DNA from: Elsinoe ampelina
Taxonomy: Eukaryota
Direction: 5' to 3'
NCBI GenBank assembly: GCA_010093995.1
Contig: ML992501.1
Coordinates: 1,987,320-2,051,319, forward strand
DNA length: 64,000 nucleotides
Shown: in pieces, positions 1 through 12,355 of the stretch
How positions within the stretch are numbered: position 1 is the first letter of the stretch
How the letters are laid out: the number at the start of each line of letters is the position of its first letter
Program-made: the position numbers and the translations under genes
Notes under the pieces: generated by a model
What the model was told of the DNA's origin: nothing
Seen by the model: only the letters and a program-made list of their open reading frames with translations
Databases searched by the model: none

Positions 1-793
1 TGGTTTCAGTGTCGCCGACCTCTGTTGCATCGCTTGCATGGCCGGTCATGACTGAAGCAGTCGAGCGTCCCACAACAGCTTCGCGCACATCTGGTGCCGA
101 TGCGCTTCCTTTGTTCATGCGTCGATATCTGCGCCTCGTCTCACGCTCGATCTCTTCCAAGACTGCCTTGCTCTGCTCTGTCCTCCATCGCTCTACCCGT
201 AATCTGCGCTCTTCTTGAGGGTCGATCTCGGTGGACTCTCCATTCTCTTCCAGTGCGTCCAGCCTTCGCTGAACACTACTTAATCGGCGGTGTATATGCC
301 GTCGTTGAGGGTTGTATCTTTCGTGCTGCCACAGCTGTTCTTGAAGAGCATCGTGGTTGCCATTGAAAGTGGCTGGGAAGGCGCCGAGACCGTCATGAGT
401 CGGCAGTACAGTCCCTCCACTTTGATCTAAATGTGGTGATGGTGGTAATTGAAAGGCATGCAAACCGTCATCGAGACTGTCAAGTTCGGTGCCGTCGTCA
501 TCGTTGGGGTTGGATATGGTGACTTGGCGAACGATGTGGTCATCACTCTCCAACAGGTCGGAACGAACACCAGTTTCTAATGAACCAAAGTAGGACGCTC
601 TGGACAAATCTGCTGTTCGAGGTGTTTGTGAAGTGTTTGTCTGCGATGGCGGAGAGAACAAGATCCAGTCTTGTTGTGACTCTTCGAGAGTGCGCTTTCG
701 CTGTTGGGCCTGTGGTGGGCCTGCTGCGGGGTCTTGTTGATAAGACGGACGACGTTGAGCCTGAGGCCTCTGTTGAGGTTGGCGGAACGCCAT
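1..793 (-). CDS. Conserved Pezizomycotina hypothetical protein, 3' end beyond window start
   Basis: Hand translation from ATG at 793 (MAFRQPQQR...) stays open to position 1, with blocks DWILFSP, ELDSLDDGLHAF, VLPTHDGLGAF and RVERWRTEQSKAVLEEIERETRRR that I recognise from a fungal uncharacterised family. Missing from the ORF track because it has no stop in the window. Confidence 0.8.
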   Translation of the reverse strand, partial: MAFRQPQQRPQAQRRPSYQQDPAAGPPQAQQRKRTLEESQQDWILFSPPSQTNTSQTPRTADLSRASYFGSLETGVRSDLLESDDHIVRQVTISNPNDDDGTELDSLDDGLHAFQLPPSPHLDQSGGTVLPTHDGLGAFPATFNGNHDALQEQLWQHERYNPQRRHIHRRLSSVQRRLDALEENGESTEIDPQEERRLRVERWRTEQSKAVLEEIERETRRRYRRMNKGSASAPDVREAVVGRSTASVMTGHASDATEVGDTET

Positions 794-1732
794 GATTGAT
801 GGTAGGAGTCAGACAAGGTCTGGAGTGATGAATGGTATAATATCAGGCGGACGCGGCCAGAAGTCGAGGCTTTGGCAGGGTGCAGTGTGTCAGTTGATGC
901 TGCGACTCTCGTCACGATGATCGACCAGGAATGACCTTTGTCGGAATGTGGAGATGGCGGTGAGACTGTTGCTCACAACACCTTTTCCACAGTGATGGAT
1001 GTGAAGGAGAGACTCTAGCTTGTCGGACACTCAGGAGAAGACGAGAAGGCGCATCAAAAGGAAGGTGCAGGTGCAGGTGCAGGTGTAGTGTCGTTGTAGA
1101 TCAGGCGATCAAGGGTGTTTCTTCTCTCATTCGGTTTAGCCTGGGCTTGCGACAGCGGAGTGGTCTTTGGGCCTCTCTCTCCACCTCCAGAGATTATTCG
1201 CCGGGAACCGTTCTATAAATGCCCCAAGACCCGGACAAACTCGCGATCTTTGCCAGGATGAAGGAATTCTCTGCTCTGTGACTGTGTCGATAGATTGTGT
1301 ACATACTAGTTGTTGTCGTTTTCGCGATATTCCCGAGAGTCTTGGACGACGAATAGCTGGTGTCGTTGTCGCGTCATCGGAGGACAAAGGCACCTCAGGG
1401 CTGTTCTGTTCTTTTACCAATAACTAAATGGAAAGATGTTCCTTTTGCGGAAGGTCACGCTCACGACACGAAACAATCACATTGACAAACAGCTTGAATA
1501 TGCTGGACAAACGCATCTGTTACTCCCGCTTTACCTGGCCCAACATATACATGATTTTAAGCTCCATATGTCCAGTGCTTGCAGGAGCCGGACCGGCATC
1601 GTGGATTGCTATATCGAGATAAGGGGCGTTTCTTGCCAGATACGCGAGCTCGGCGATCCACCTTTATTAGACTTTGGCGACCTTATTTGGGTGATCCGGA
1701 TAACAACTTTTGATACTGACAAGTTCCGAGGA

Positions 1733-1812
1733 TACGTCCATGACAATTCAGTCCTTACAAAAAACACTGTTGTACGTCCATGACAATTCAGTACTCACGA
1801 GAAACACTGTTG
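1733..1812. repeat. 40-bp direct tandem duplication (2 copies, 4 mismatches)
   Basis: tacgtccatgacaattcagtccttacaaaaaacactgttg (1733-1772) followed by tacgtccatgacaattcagtactcacgagaaacactgttg (1773-1812). Confidence 0.95.
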
Positions 1813-1978
1813 TGCGATCCATTCTTCAAGGACATTGTCTGCGCGAGGTATTGCATGGCACATTGTCATTTCTTATTTTTCCTGGTCCCGGCATAATTCC
1901 CAGTCGTCTACTTAGTCATATACTCATTACAGACGTACGCCAACAGTGTATTTGTTGCACGTATCTCTTTCCTCTTTC

Positions 1979-3085
1979 CTAGCCTCCACGATAGAAAAAG
2001 GCACCTTGAGGTCCAGCGTGCCCAGCATCCTTCTCTTCTACCACATCCTTGATATCATTGAATGGCTGGACCAGTGACTTCAGGGCAGGTATCGATGCTG
2101 AAGTCAGTGACCACACCAGGAGAACTTCGAATGATCCGGAGCACCCAAGCAGTCGAATCATGATCTCGGCCTCATCAGATAGAGCAAAGTTGACCCGGGT
2201 AAGATGGAGTATGCTCATCGCGCACAGCCTGGTAATCTGGTGAGCTTTGGTGCCTTCAGGCATGGTGAAGATTAACCTACGGGAGTCGACTCAAGAACAC
2301 GATTGAGACCAGCGTCTTTTGACTTCCTTTTTTCATGATTGTGAGCACTAACCATGTCGGTATGGCAGCCAGCACAATCTCGTTGATCACGTCAAGTGCG
2401 GTGATGGCAGTCCACGAATGGAACTGGAGCATAATTAGATTCAGATTTCCGTCGATTGCGGCGCGACTGACTGTGATGGGTACAGCGATGATGCCTTTGA
2501 GCGTACCCAGAGGAAACCGAGCAACTCCGGCCACGATCAATGAGATGGCGCCAGACCCAACGATGGCGCCAATGAGAGCTCGACAGCTCCAAGCGTTGAT
2601 GAGAGCATGGTTGAAGAACAATCGTCGGATGAACCAAGCTATCGACAGCTTCGCAAGGTAATGTGACAGCAGTGCGAAAATGTCGGACGCTAGGAAAGCC
2701 TGCATGAACATTGTCAGTCGCTGTGCATTAGACAAGCGACGGGATATCGATACGGTAGCAACTGAATGCTGCTGCTCTACTGTCAACAGTTCGTTGTCTT
2801 TGCCCAGGCCAAGTCGTAGAGCATAGAAGAGCAATGCGTGCTGTGCCATGTACGATGCCTAAGCACGTGTCAGTGGTCATCTCCTGCTTTCCGACGCAGA
2901 CATACCATCGAGCCGCATATAAGAGCATCGTCCAGACCGTAAACGCCTCTCCGCAGGATCAATCTCAGAGTAGTGACGAGAAGCACACAAGTCAGAGCGG
3001 TGATGCCAAAGATCCATCCTTCCGCCGACCGATCGGTATCTTGAAAGGGCGCCCAATACCAGACATTCTCCACTGGACTCGACAT
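1979..3085 (-). CDS. PTH11-like / rhodopsin-domain integral membrane protein (multi-exon)
   Basis: ORF pieces 2870-3112, 2277-2849 and 1979-2263 give several TM helices with family-like motifs: LRL..R..GLDD, GLG, AKLSI, LDV..E..L..IP, F.SRL and SASIPALK. GT..AG introns lie between the pieces. Confidence 0.75.
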
Positions 3086-3811
3086 GTCGGCATGCGTGAG
3101 ATGAGAGGTCAAAGGGAACAGTCGTCGGATGGACTTTACAAATCACCCTGCCCACCACCCCGACCTTCCTCGTTGCCACAAACAGCCGAAACCCTGCGAC
3201 GATACTCGTACAGCCATGTTCAAACATGATCCCGCCAGCGTCTAAATTGGGACGGTTTAGACTCTGCCACGCACTAGAGCCAACGGTTCACCCCTGTGTG
3301 GTGACTGCAGTGGTCCCGACAGCAACCGTCGACAGCAACGGACACGGCGGAGACGAAGCTACTTTCCACCACCGTTGATCATCAGGTGGCTCTCGACACC
3401 TATTGCGTATCCCCTACCACCTCGAAATGTTGGTCGACGTGAAACCTACACCTAGTTGGTGCAATTCTCGGTCCAAAAATGGACGACTTTTGGATTTATG
3501 CCCTGCTGCTCGGGGAGCATGTCTCGCAGAGCTCTGTATCCTCGCTTGCCATCTTCATCACCAGGGTCTGGAGCACTCGACACCTGGCCGTCATGACAGT
3601 TGATGACAGTTGCCTTCTGCAGATCCGATAGGCGAGAGTCGCTACAACGTCCTCTGCCTTGTCCACTCGGGATGATTGTCGGCCGTACTCAAGCACATTC
3701 ATGTCCCACAATGTTCCAGCCAAACTTTCAACAAACTTTAGGGCATACACCACTATCTGACATCTGCGGCCGAGGGTTTCTCAAGCTTCACAGATTCACA
3801 CGACACAGCCC

Positions 3812-5630
3812 ATGATGGGCAAGAACTCTGGTGTCATCGACCCCTATAGGGACATCGAGGTTCAAATCAATGTCAACCTAGTCGACGGCACTGCCGCAGA
3901 CTCTACGCAGGCAACCACCGTCATGGACAAGGATAGCATATCGATCGAGGACAGTAATGACCAACGAGACATGGTCAGGATGGGACGGCGGCAGCAAGTC
4001 AGACGAGTCTTCCGAACCTGGTCACTACTTTCCTTCACTTGCATCGTGACCAGTACTTGGGAGTATCTCATGCTTGGACTCGACACTGGACTGACTCTCG
4101 GCGGGCGAGCTGGTCTCTTCTGGGCCTACATCTGGAGCATGATCTTCTTTGCCTTCCTGAGCGCATCCATTGCTGAGATGGCATCCATGGCTCCTACGGC
4201 AGGAGGCCAATATCACTGGGTCTCTGAATTCGCACCTCCCAAATATCAAAAGCCAATGAGTTATGTCACCGCATGGCTCTCTTGCCTTAGTTGGCAAGCC
4301 GGTAACGCCTATGGAAATCTGCTCACTGGATCAATGGTGGAGACTCTGATCCAACACTTCAGGCCAGACCACGAGCTCATTCCGTGGCGATCGACACTGC
4401 TGGTGCTGCCTGGTCTCATTCTGGTCACTTTGTTCAACCTCGGCGGGCACAAGTACTTGCCGGTCCTGCAGAACGTCACCATGATCATCCATATCGTTGG
4501 CTGTGTGCTATGCATAGGTATGTGGCTCAGCACATTCAGATCAGTCAGTACTGACATTGCGTAGTGACCGTCTGGGTCACAGCTCCCCACATCTATCCCG
4601 CTGATGTGGTCTTCTCGTGGAATAACACCAGTGGATACAACAACATGTTCATCGTCATGATGATCGGACAAAATGCCTGCCAATCTGCACTTGCCTGTAC
4701 GCCATGAACTTTCACAACACCATTGACCAAGCATTGACAAGACCACAGCGACCGATTCCGCGGCACACATGGCAGAAGAAGTCCACGAAGCCAGTATTAC
4801 CGTCCCACGAGCCATCATGAACGCTCTTTGGGTCAACGGCACTATGGGCTTCCTACTCCTCGTCACCATTCTCTTCTCCATTCCCAACCTCGAAGAAGCT
4901 GCCAGCGACCCATCGGGTTTCTCCTTCTTCGGTGTTGTGCGAGCAGCATGGCCAGAAGCAGGCTTCATTTACATGCTCTTCATCGTCGCCAGTCTAGTGT
5001 TCCTCGGCAACATCTCCTTTGCTGCCTCTACCGCCCGTCTGGCCTTTGCATTGGCAAGAGATGGAGCTCTTCCATTCCCAGATTTCTTCTCAAAGGTATG
5101 TATGCCCCCTCCCTCTCCTAGACCTGACTCACACCTTCACCAGATCAGCCCTCGGACCCGCGTCCCAGCCAATGCAATTCTCCTCTCGATGGGCTTCTCC
5201 CTCATCATGGCCTTCGTCCACCTCGGTTCCGAAGCTCTCTACGGCGCCGTCGTAAGTCATCCCCTCCCTTCCTCTTTCAATGCTCCTCTAATCTCCCTCC
5301 CAGCTTTCCATCGCCGCCGCCAGCCAAATGGGCTGCTACTGCATCTCCATCACCTGCGTTCTTTGGCGCCGTCTCACAGCCCCCGAGACCCTTCCTGCGG
5401 CTCGCTGGTCACTCGGCCGATGGGGCGCACCAATCAACCTCGTCGCGGTCCTTTACTCGTTTAGCATCATGTTCTGGGTGGTGTGGCCGCAGAGCATGCC
5501 ATTGACGCTTGACAATTTCAATTTCTCGGCGCCGGTGACGGCGGGAGTGATTCTAATATGCACACTGACGTATTTGTTTTATGGACGGAAGAGGTACACC
5601 AGTCCTGTGGAGTTGGTGATGAAGCTCTGA
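3812..5630 (+). CDS. APC-family amino acid / GABA / choline permease (multi-exon)
   Basis: Motifs SIAEMASMAPTAGGQYHWVSEFAPP, DSAAHMAEEV...VPRAI, ARLAFALARDGALPF, PANAI and WSLGRWG. Several short GT-AG introns. Confidence 0.93.
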
Positions 5631-5771
5631 AAGTAACAAAGAAAGATCGTCAGGACGAATAGACACAAGAAGTAATGGTGGATTTGAGATGAATTACGAT
5701 ATGAAAAGAACAGCTAATAGGATTGATATCAGAACGACCTTTCCTTCCACATTCCATCTTCAGCATGCCCA

Positions 5772-8351
5772 CTATGAGCCCTTCCCCTCCCCTCCCACCG
5801 CCTATACGTCGCTGATTTCTCAACCAGAAGATCCTCCGCCGTCAACGGCTTCCCACGCTTCTGACTCTCCCTCTGCCTCCTCACGAAACCCAACAAATGA
5901 GCCTCATCCTCCTTCTACTCCCCCGTCTTTTGCTTCGGCGGGCCATTCCCCTCCTGCCGCCTCTTCCCCTTCAGCAACTCAGTATACCACGGCTCCCCAT
6001 CTTTATCCTCTGGCTTCCCCTCGTCCCTCCTCCCCTCCTCGCCCTCTCGCCTCTTCCTGTCCAAGAATTCCACCAGATACTCCTCCTCCGTCTTCTCCCT
6101 CTCCCCACCGGACCTCTTCCCCTCCCTCTCCCTCCGCTCGCTCCTCTCCGTCTTCTCAGCCATCCACTCATCCATCCACGACGGCTTCCCCCCCCGCCGC
6201 CGCTTTCCCATCTGTCCTCTTCCCCATCTTCCCCTTCAACAACTCAGTATACCACGGCTCCCCATTCTTATCCGTCAGCCTCCCCCCGTTCCTCCTCTCC
6301 TCCTCGTCCATCATCCTTCTCTCCACCAACGCCTCCCCTTCCTCGTCCAGCCTCTTCTTCCTCTCCCGCAAATCCCCCATCCGATCCCGGTCTGCCGTCG
6401 ACTTGTCCTCCGTCCCGTCCGTCCCATCCGTCGCCTCACTCCCTCCACTCCCCTCCCTACTCCTCCTCCTCCTCCTCCTCCTCCTCCCCCCTGCCTCCGT
6501 CTTAGAGTCCCACACCTGCAAGCAAAGCAACCCATACGCCACCCCCCCGCACGCGAACCCATCCTCAACACTCACGAGCCTCGAGGGTCCCTCCTCCCTC
6601 GCGGAATCAGGGTCGGCATCGAACGCCCCGACGGCGTTGGCCACCCACCACCAAGGGATATCGGGGTCGGAAGGAAAGGCGGGGCTGAGCGGCGGGGAGG
6701 AGGAGGAGGAGGCGGGGGAGGACGGGGACGGGGACGTGGGGACGAGAGGGGAGCCGAGGAGCCCCGGGGAGAAGGCGGAGATGGAGAGCGGGGAGCGCGA
6801 TGACGGGGTGGAGAGGCGGGAGAGGGAGGTGGGGGAAAGGATGGAGTAGGGGACTGGGATGGAGCGGGTGGCGGAGAGGGCGGCGGAGGGGGAGAAGGCG
6901 GAGGGGGAGAAGGCGGAGGGGGAGAAGGGGATGGTGCTGCCTGTGGCGTTTGTGTGGGTGGGAGAGGAGGTAATGGTCGAAGGGGAGGGGAGGGGCGGGG
7001 CGGTTTTGGGTTTGCGGATTGTGAGTTGCGTTTGCGGTCGCGTGCGGGGGGTGGGTTGGGGGTGTGGCTGGTTGCGGGCGAGCCATTGTGCGTTTAGGGT
7101 GGAGTATTGCGCCATGTACTGGGCGAAGCTGACGGGTTCGGCGCCGTATGGGATGATCATGCCGGTGCCGCTGATGTCTGAGCCAATGGGGCTGGTAGGG
7201 GATGTCGCGCTGCCTGGGGATACTGGACTGGCGAGTGATGTCGGGCTGGGAATTGAGTTCTGACTGGCTACGGATGTAGGACTTGTGGTAGCCGGACTGC
7301 TCAAAGATGGATGGCTTGTTGGCGATGTAGGACTGGCAATAGTGCTAGGTGACGGGCTCTTAACCTCGCGATGTATGATGGTGACAGTGCCGACGCGCGT
7401 ACCGCTGAGACCTGCACGCGATACTTCGACCAGAGCGTGGACATGGTCTGGTTTGTGAGAGAGAACATGCGCGATAATCGCAGATCGTTCAGCGTTTCTT
7501 GTTCTGGACGTCGGTTAGCTTACGTTCGAGCTCTTTCTCGTCAAAATCAAGTTCATGGAAGGGGGTTGGTAGAAGACAAACATGAAGTTGATCCGCTTGA
7601 CTACATCCACTTCACGTTGACAGTCTTCCTCTCGACGGATCGCATCCATATATGCGAGGCGCTGCAACGCGATCGAACGCATCAAGTAGCCAGAAGCGAT
7701 GGCATAGAGGAAGAGCGTAGGTTCGTCCCTCCAACCCTCCTGGGGTTTCGCGATTTTGTGGACTGCAAAGAGCCACGTGACATCGAGGTTGTAGATGGAG
7801 GCTCTATCCGGCGAAGAAACGGACATGTTGAAGGATTGCGCAGTCCACTCGATCGAGTGGTTGGTGTCCAAGAGAGCTTCCACTCGTAGCGCGAGATTAG
7901 TGGCGATAAGGGGGCCGGCCCATAACGGACATTCGTCGCCCGAAAAGTACTTCGCTATGGTCGCGACGATGAGTTCGCGCTGAGCGGGTTGTGCCGAGTA
8001 GAAATCCTCGACATTGAGGATAGGGGTGTCGGGGAGATGATGAGGTCGCATACTGCCTTCCCGCTGCTGATGATAGCCATGCTCTGACAAGAAAACGCCA
8101 CGGGCGTGAGCTGAAATGGCGCTGTCGATCTCGCTGAACCTGGCATGACGAGCGCCGGACGACGAGATTGCTTTGTATGTGGCAGTCCTTCGGAATCGCC
8201 GCCACGTCTTGGATCCGGACTTGTCGTATTCACGAGGTTCCTTGTCAGCCAAGTGCGGCAGGAAAGAAGCCCACTTTAACAAATCTTCGTGAGCAAGAAG
8301 GCATGCGACCTCATCGTCAAAGTGCGCTTCTGTGCTGGCTGTTTGGCCCAT
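5772..8351 (-). pseudogene. Interrupted hypothetical gene (MGQTAS start, low-complexity Ser/Pro-rich and charged C-terminus)
   Basis: ORFs 7515-8480 and 6168-7304 are in the same frame, separated only by TAA at 7515-7517. A duplicated peptide DKxGEPWYTELLKGK recurs 265 nt downstream in another frame, and that frame reads through a TAG at 5915 to a stop at 5772. Confidence 0.5.
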
Positions 8352-9926
8352 ATTGAGCTGTACGGATTTCTCGCAGCGGCGCTGAAAAGGTAATGTGATG
8401 CAAGTCTGTGCCTCTCGATCGGAGAATAATGCGGCTTTGTACTGAGAGAGTGTTTCGATGTTGATCGTGGCAAGGGGCAACAGGACACATGCGGGTCGAG
8501 GAATGTGAGGAAATGAGGCCTAGACTTACCAGGACAACCGGCTACGCTGGAATTTGCTGGACGAAGTCCAAGCGGTATGAATCGTTCTGCAACGATAGTA
8601 GCGCATCGCGTTGATGGTATGGTCAATCGAGACATGGTGTACGATTGCAGTGTTCGTGCCACTACTCCGACTCGCCAATGAGGATAGTGCAGAGGCAGAA
8701 TCATCGAATGAAGCCAACAACTCTTGTGCTAGAAAGGCGAGAGCCAAAGCTGACGAGCATGCCAGTCCATTGCGTGTGGTGAGGATGGGCGCTGAATTTA
8801 TCCCCGTCGCATTGCCTGTCAATACGCACAGTCTGCTTCACATTTACAATTATGCGGAGCAGCCATTGTTGCGTGTCTTTCTGTGGGATAGTCTGCAAAG
8901 GGAAGTGCCCGACTATCGAGATAGCATCTGATCGTGGGGATCTCTGATCCTCCTGGAGGACAAACATCTGGAACGTGTCTCTGCCAAGATTAGCCTGGCG
9001 CCAGCGGGATGTAGGGTCACCCTCGGCACGGCAGGCGTGAACATCAGTGGCTGAGGCGTGATCGACACGAAGAACAGATGTTCGCGGAGATGGGCGGGTC
9101 GCAGTCGCCGAGAACAACAGACAACATCGTCCTGTCATTTCTCAACAAGCATCAGAACATGAAATGTCAGAGTCTTCTGCGCGGGGCTGACCTTGGCGGG
9201 TGTTGGTCCAGGGAGAAAGTTCGTGTGCCTTGCCGCATCAGGCAGTGGTCTGCTGGTCGAAGAACGGCACATTGCATGGCAAGGAGCGTGCTGGCGGCGG
9301 CACGGGCGTCAGTGCATGTTTTTTTTAGAGCTTTAGCCCCCGTCTTTTGAGCGAGGAGCGAAAATGTCTCTGGCGGTGGAAATTGTCCAGGAGGTCCGCT
9401 CTTGGCACTTTTCGGGTCTGTCCGAACCCAAAGCTGGGGTTTTTGATGCCGTGATTGGCTCTCCTGACTCCATGATCCACCATCGTGGTTTCAGCTTCAT
9501 CCTTCTCTCCCTTTTACACTCTCGTAATTGTGGTTTGGTAGCATTTGGCGCCGCCAGCCGCTCGCAACATGCCCAACACCGCTCCCGTATGCAGCTGATC
9601 CCCGCACCGCAGCTCCACTTCTCATTAGCCAAGTTTCACTGCTTACAGACACTCACAGACCTGGACATGGTAGGTCTATAGCGCTCGCTTTTCGTTCCGT
9701 CCACCCTCTTGTTTACCTACCTCTGCGTCTGCTCCTTTTCTGCACCACCTCCAGTCACTCCTTACTTCTGTCGTTCTTTACCACAGTCACTCTTTCCGAA
9801 CAACACTGGTGTGCTAGGCACCCAGATCACGATCTTTTAGACTCCTCAAAGCTCGTTGACGAGCTCTGTTTCGATTTCCACCCCAAACCCTTGCCCGCCA
9901 CACGATCCGAAACGACCATACCGAAA

Positions 9927-11517
9927 ATGTTGTCCATCAAGCAGACTCTTCTTCTTGGTGTCGCCCTTGCGCCTAGCGCGCTTGCGCACACCATCTTCAC
10001 AAACTTCTATGTCAATGGTGTTGACCAGGTATGTCCAGACAAAGTAATTCACAAAGCTTCAACTGACTCGTGAATAGGGAAACGGTACTTGTGTTCGTAT
10101 GAGCAAGATCGACAATGAGGCAAACTCTCCAGTCCCCAATGTTGAGGGCACCGACATGACTTGCGGTGTCTCCGGTCTCGACTCCGTTGCCCGTACCTGT
10201 CCCATCCCTGACGGCGCTTCTGTCACCTTCAAGTTCGACTCTATCGACCGTAACCCAGGCAAGAACTGGTACATTGACCCTGGCCACAAGGGACCTTGCG
10301 CCATCTATGCTAAGAAGGTCGACTCTCCCAGCGCTGACCCTACCGGAGATGGCTGGTTCAAGCTTTGGGACCAGGGCTTCGACGGCTCCAAGTGGTGCAC
10401 CGAGAACCTCATCGCCAACAAAGGTCTGATCTCTGTCAAGCTCCCCTCTGGTCTTCAGGGTGGCTACTACCTCCTCCGACCAGAGCTTCTCGCTCTCCAC
10501 GCCGCCACTGACGGCGACCCACAATTCTACACTGGTTGCGCTCAAGTGTTCCTTGAGGGCAATGGCAACCTGGGCCCTGACACTACCGTCTCCATTCCAG
10601 GATACGTCAAGAAGTCCGACAGCGCCTTGACCTGGAACATCTACTACGGCACAGACCCCAACAACTACCCCACTGTCGGACCAAAGGTGTCTTCGTTCTC
10701 TGCCAACGCCAACGTCCGTGTTGCCCAGTCATCTCAGACCGAGGGTCTGGCCCCACAAGGATGCATCCTGGAGAACGCAAACTGGTGCGGTGTCGAGGTT
10801 CCCGACTACACCAATGAGAACGGATGCTGGAAGGCCGTCGAGAACTGCTGGGACCAGAACAAAGCCTGCTGGGACAGCGTCAACAACGTCATCTACGACG
10901 GCTGCAAGATCTCCGAGGCTAGATGCAAGGAGCTCACTAACACTTGCGACAACAACATTTACCCCGGGCCTCCCAACAAGGGTAAGGTGCTCACTGCACC
11001 CAAGCAGACCATCAATGTTGGTAACGTCCCTGCTGCCGGGCCCGTCAATGGTGGATCTGGTTCGTCCGCTCCCGCGCCCTCTCCGGAGCCAGCTCAACCC
11101 GCTATTCAGCCAGAGCCCGTCAAGGAGGAGGCCGCCCCCGCTCCTGCTCAGCCAGACTACCAAGCTCCCGCCCCTGCCCCGGCTCCTGTGCAGCCAGAGC
11201 AGCCAGCTCAGACACCGACTCAGCCAGCACCTGTCGAGCAAGATTCTGGATCTGACGAAGACGAGGATGCAGGTGACGACTACAGTGGTGACGATGACGA
11301 GGATGACGATGAGGAAGACTCCGCACCTGCTCCAGCACCAACCAAGCCCGAAGCCCCAGCGACCACCCCGGCCCCTGTAGCCGAGGATAGCCCTGAAGGA
11401 CCTGTCGTCTACGTTACCGAGTGGATCACCGAATGGGTTACTGTCAACGCTCCCTACAGGAGGCTCGCGAGAAGGCAGCAGAAGGTTAGGCAGGTCGTCA
11501 GAGCTGTCAAGATCTAG
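9927..11517 (+). CDS. AA9 lytic polysaccharide monooxygenase with Cys-rich module and disordered C-terminal tail
   Basis: Signal peptide MLSIKQ...ALA followed by His1 (HTIFT). Intron 10029-10077. Motifs HKGP, DGWFK, GYYLLRPELLALH and PQFYTGCAQV. Confidence 0.95.
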
Positions 11518-12355
11518 ATGCCGTAGCTACGTCAAGGATTGAATTGTATGTGATGGTACGATATCGGGCGTCGCAAGGGACAGGACTTGAGCATGGTCTG
11601 GGAATGAATGCTACGATTTCTTCACTTCTACAACCTCTTCTGCCTTGATGGGTAGAAGAGAGTCGGGGACTGCATAGGACCGGTTACAGCGCGATCAGAG
11701 CGCTATGAAAATACAAAGGCCTTTTCCAAACACTCTGTCCCATGTCTGCTGTGTCATTATGAGCCTAGATCGCTGTTGCAAGTGACACTGTTCGGCATGT
11801 ACTATCCCAGAGCACGCCCATTAACTCCGTAGCATGTCCGAGGAGGCCGATCAATGATGACGTAGTATTTTTCCGTTTTGGGGAACGGCGGGGTGAACTT
11901 CTCGTCTCAATGCGAACCATGCTGTATTTTTGCTTCTTCACATGTCGGCGCTTGGGAGGAGATAGCAATATAAACATCGACACGTATTTCTGCGGTCTTG
12001 GCCTATCGCTCGTCAACGTGTCCCAGGCTGGACCACTTGACTGTCGTCCCCGTCCACGAACGACCCGATTCTTGGATCCTGACCTGTCCGCTATCTGACG
12101 ATCAGGGTCGCATCGTTCCATATCTTCCTCGATCCTCATTCGTCACCTACATTTGATATGGGATTGACCTCAACTTACATTTCCAACGACTCTGTATAAC
12201 CTCTACTACTTCTTGATCCCCATACCTGGACACTTTCTCCCTTCCGCGACCATCCGTGTCGATGAGCTGGTCTCGAAGCATTACTTGGATACTGTATTGG
12301 TGATACCCTTCCTTAGCTAATATTTGGACGGATTTCACGCCCACGTCGAATCACA

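Noticed and set aside
5689..6849. Long + strand Pro/Ser-rich ORFs (386 aa, 202 aa)
   Set aside because: By-products of C-rich skewed DNA that lacks stop codons. The duplicated peptide and long frame favour the minus strand.
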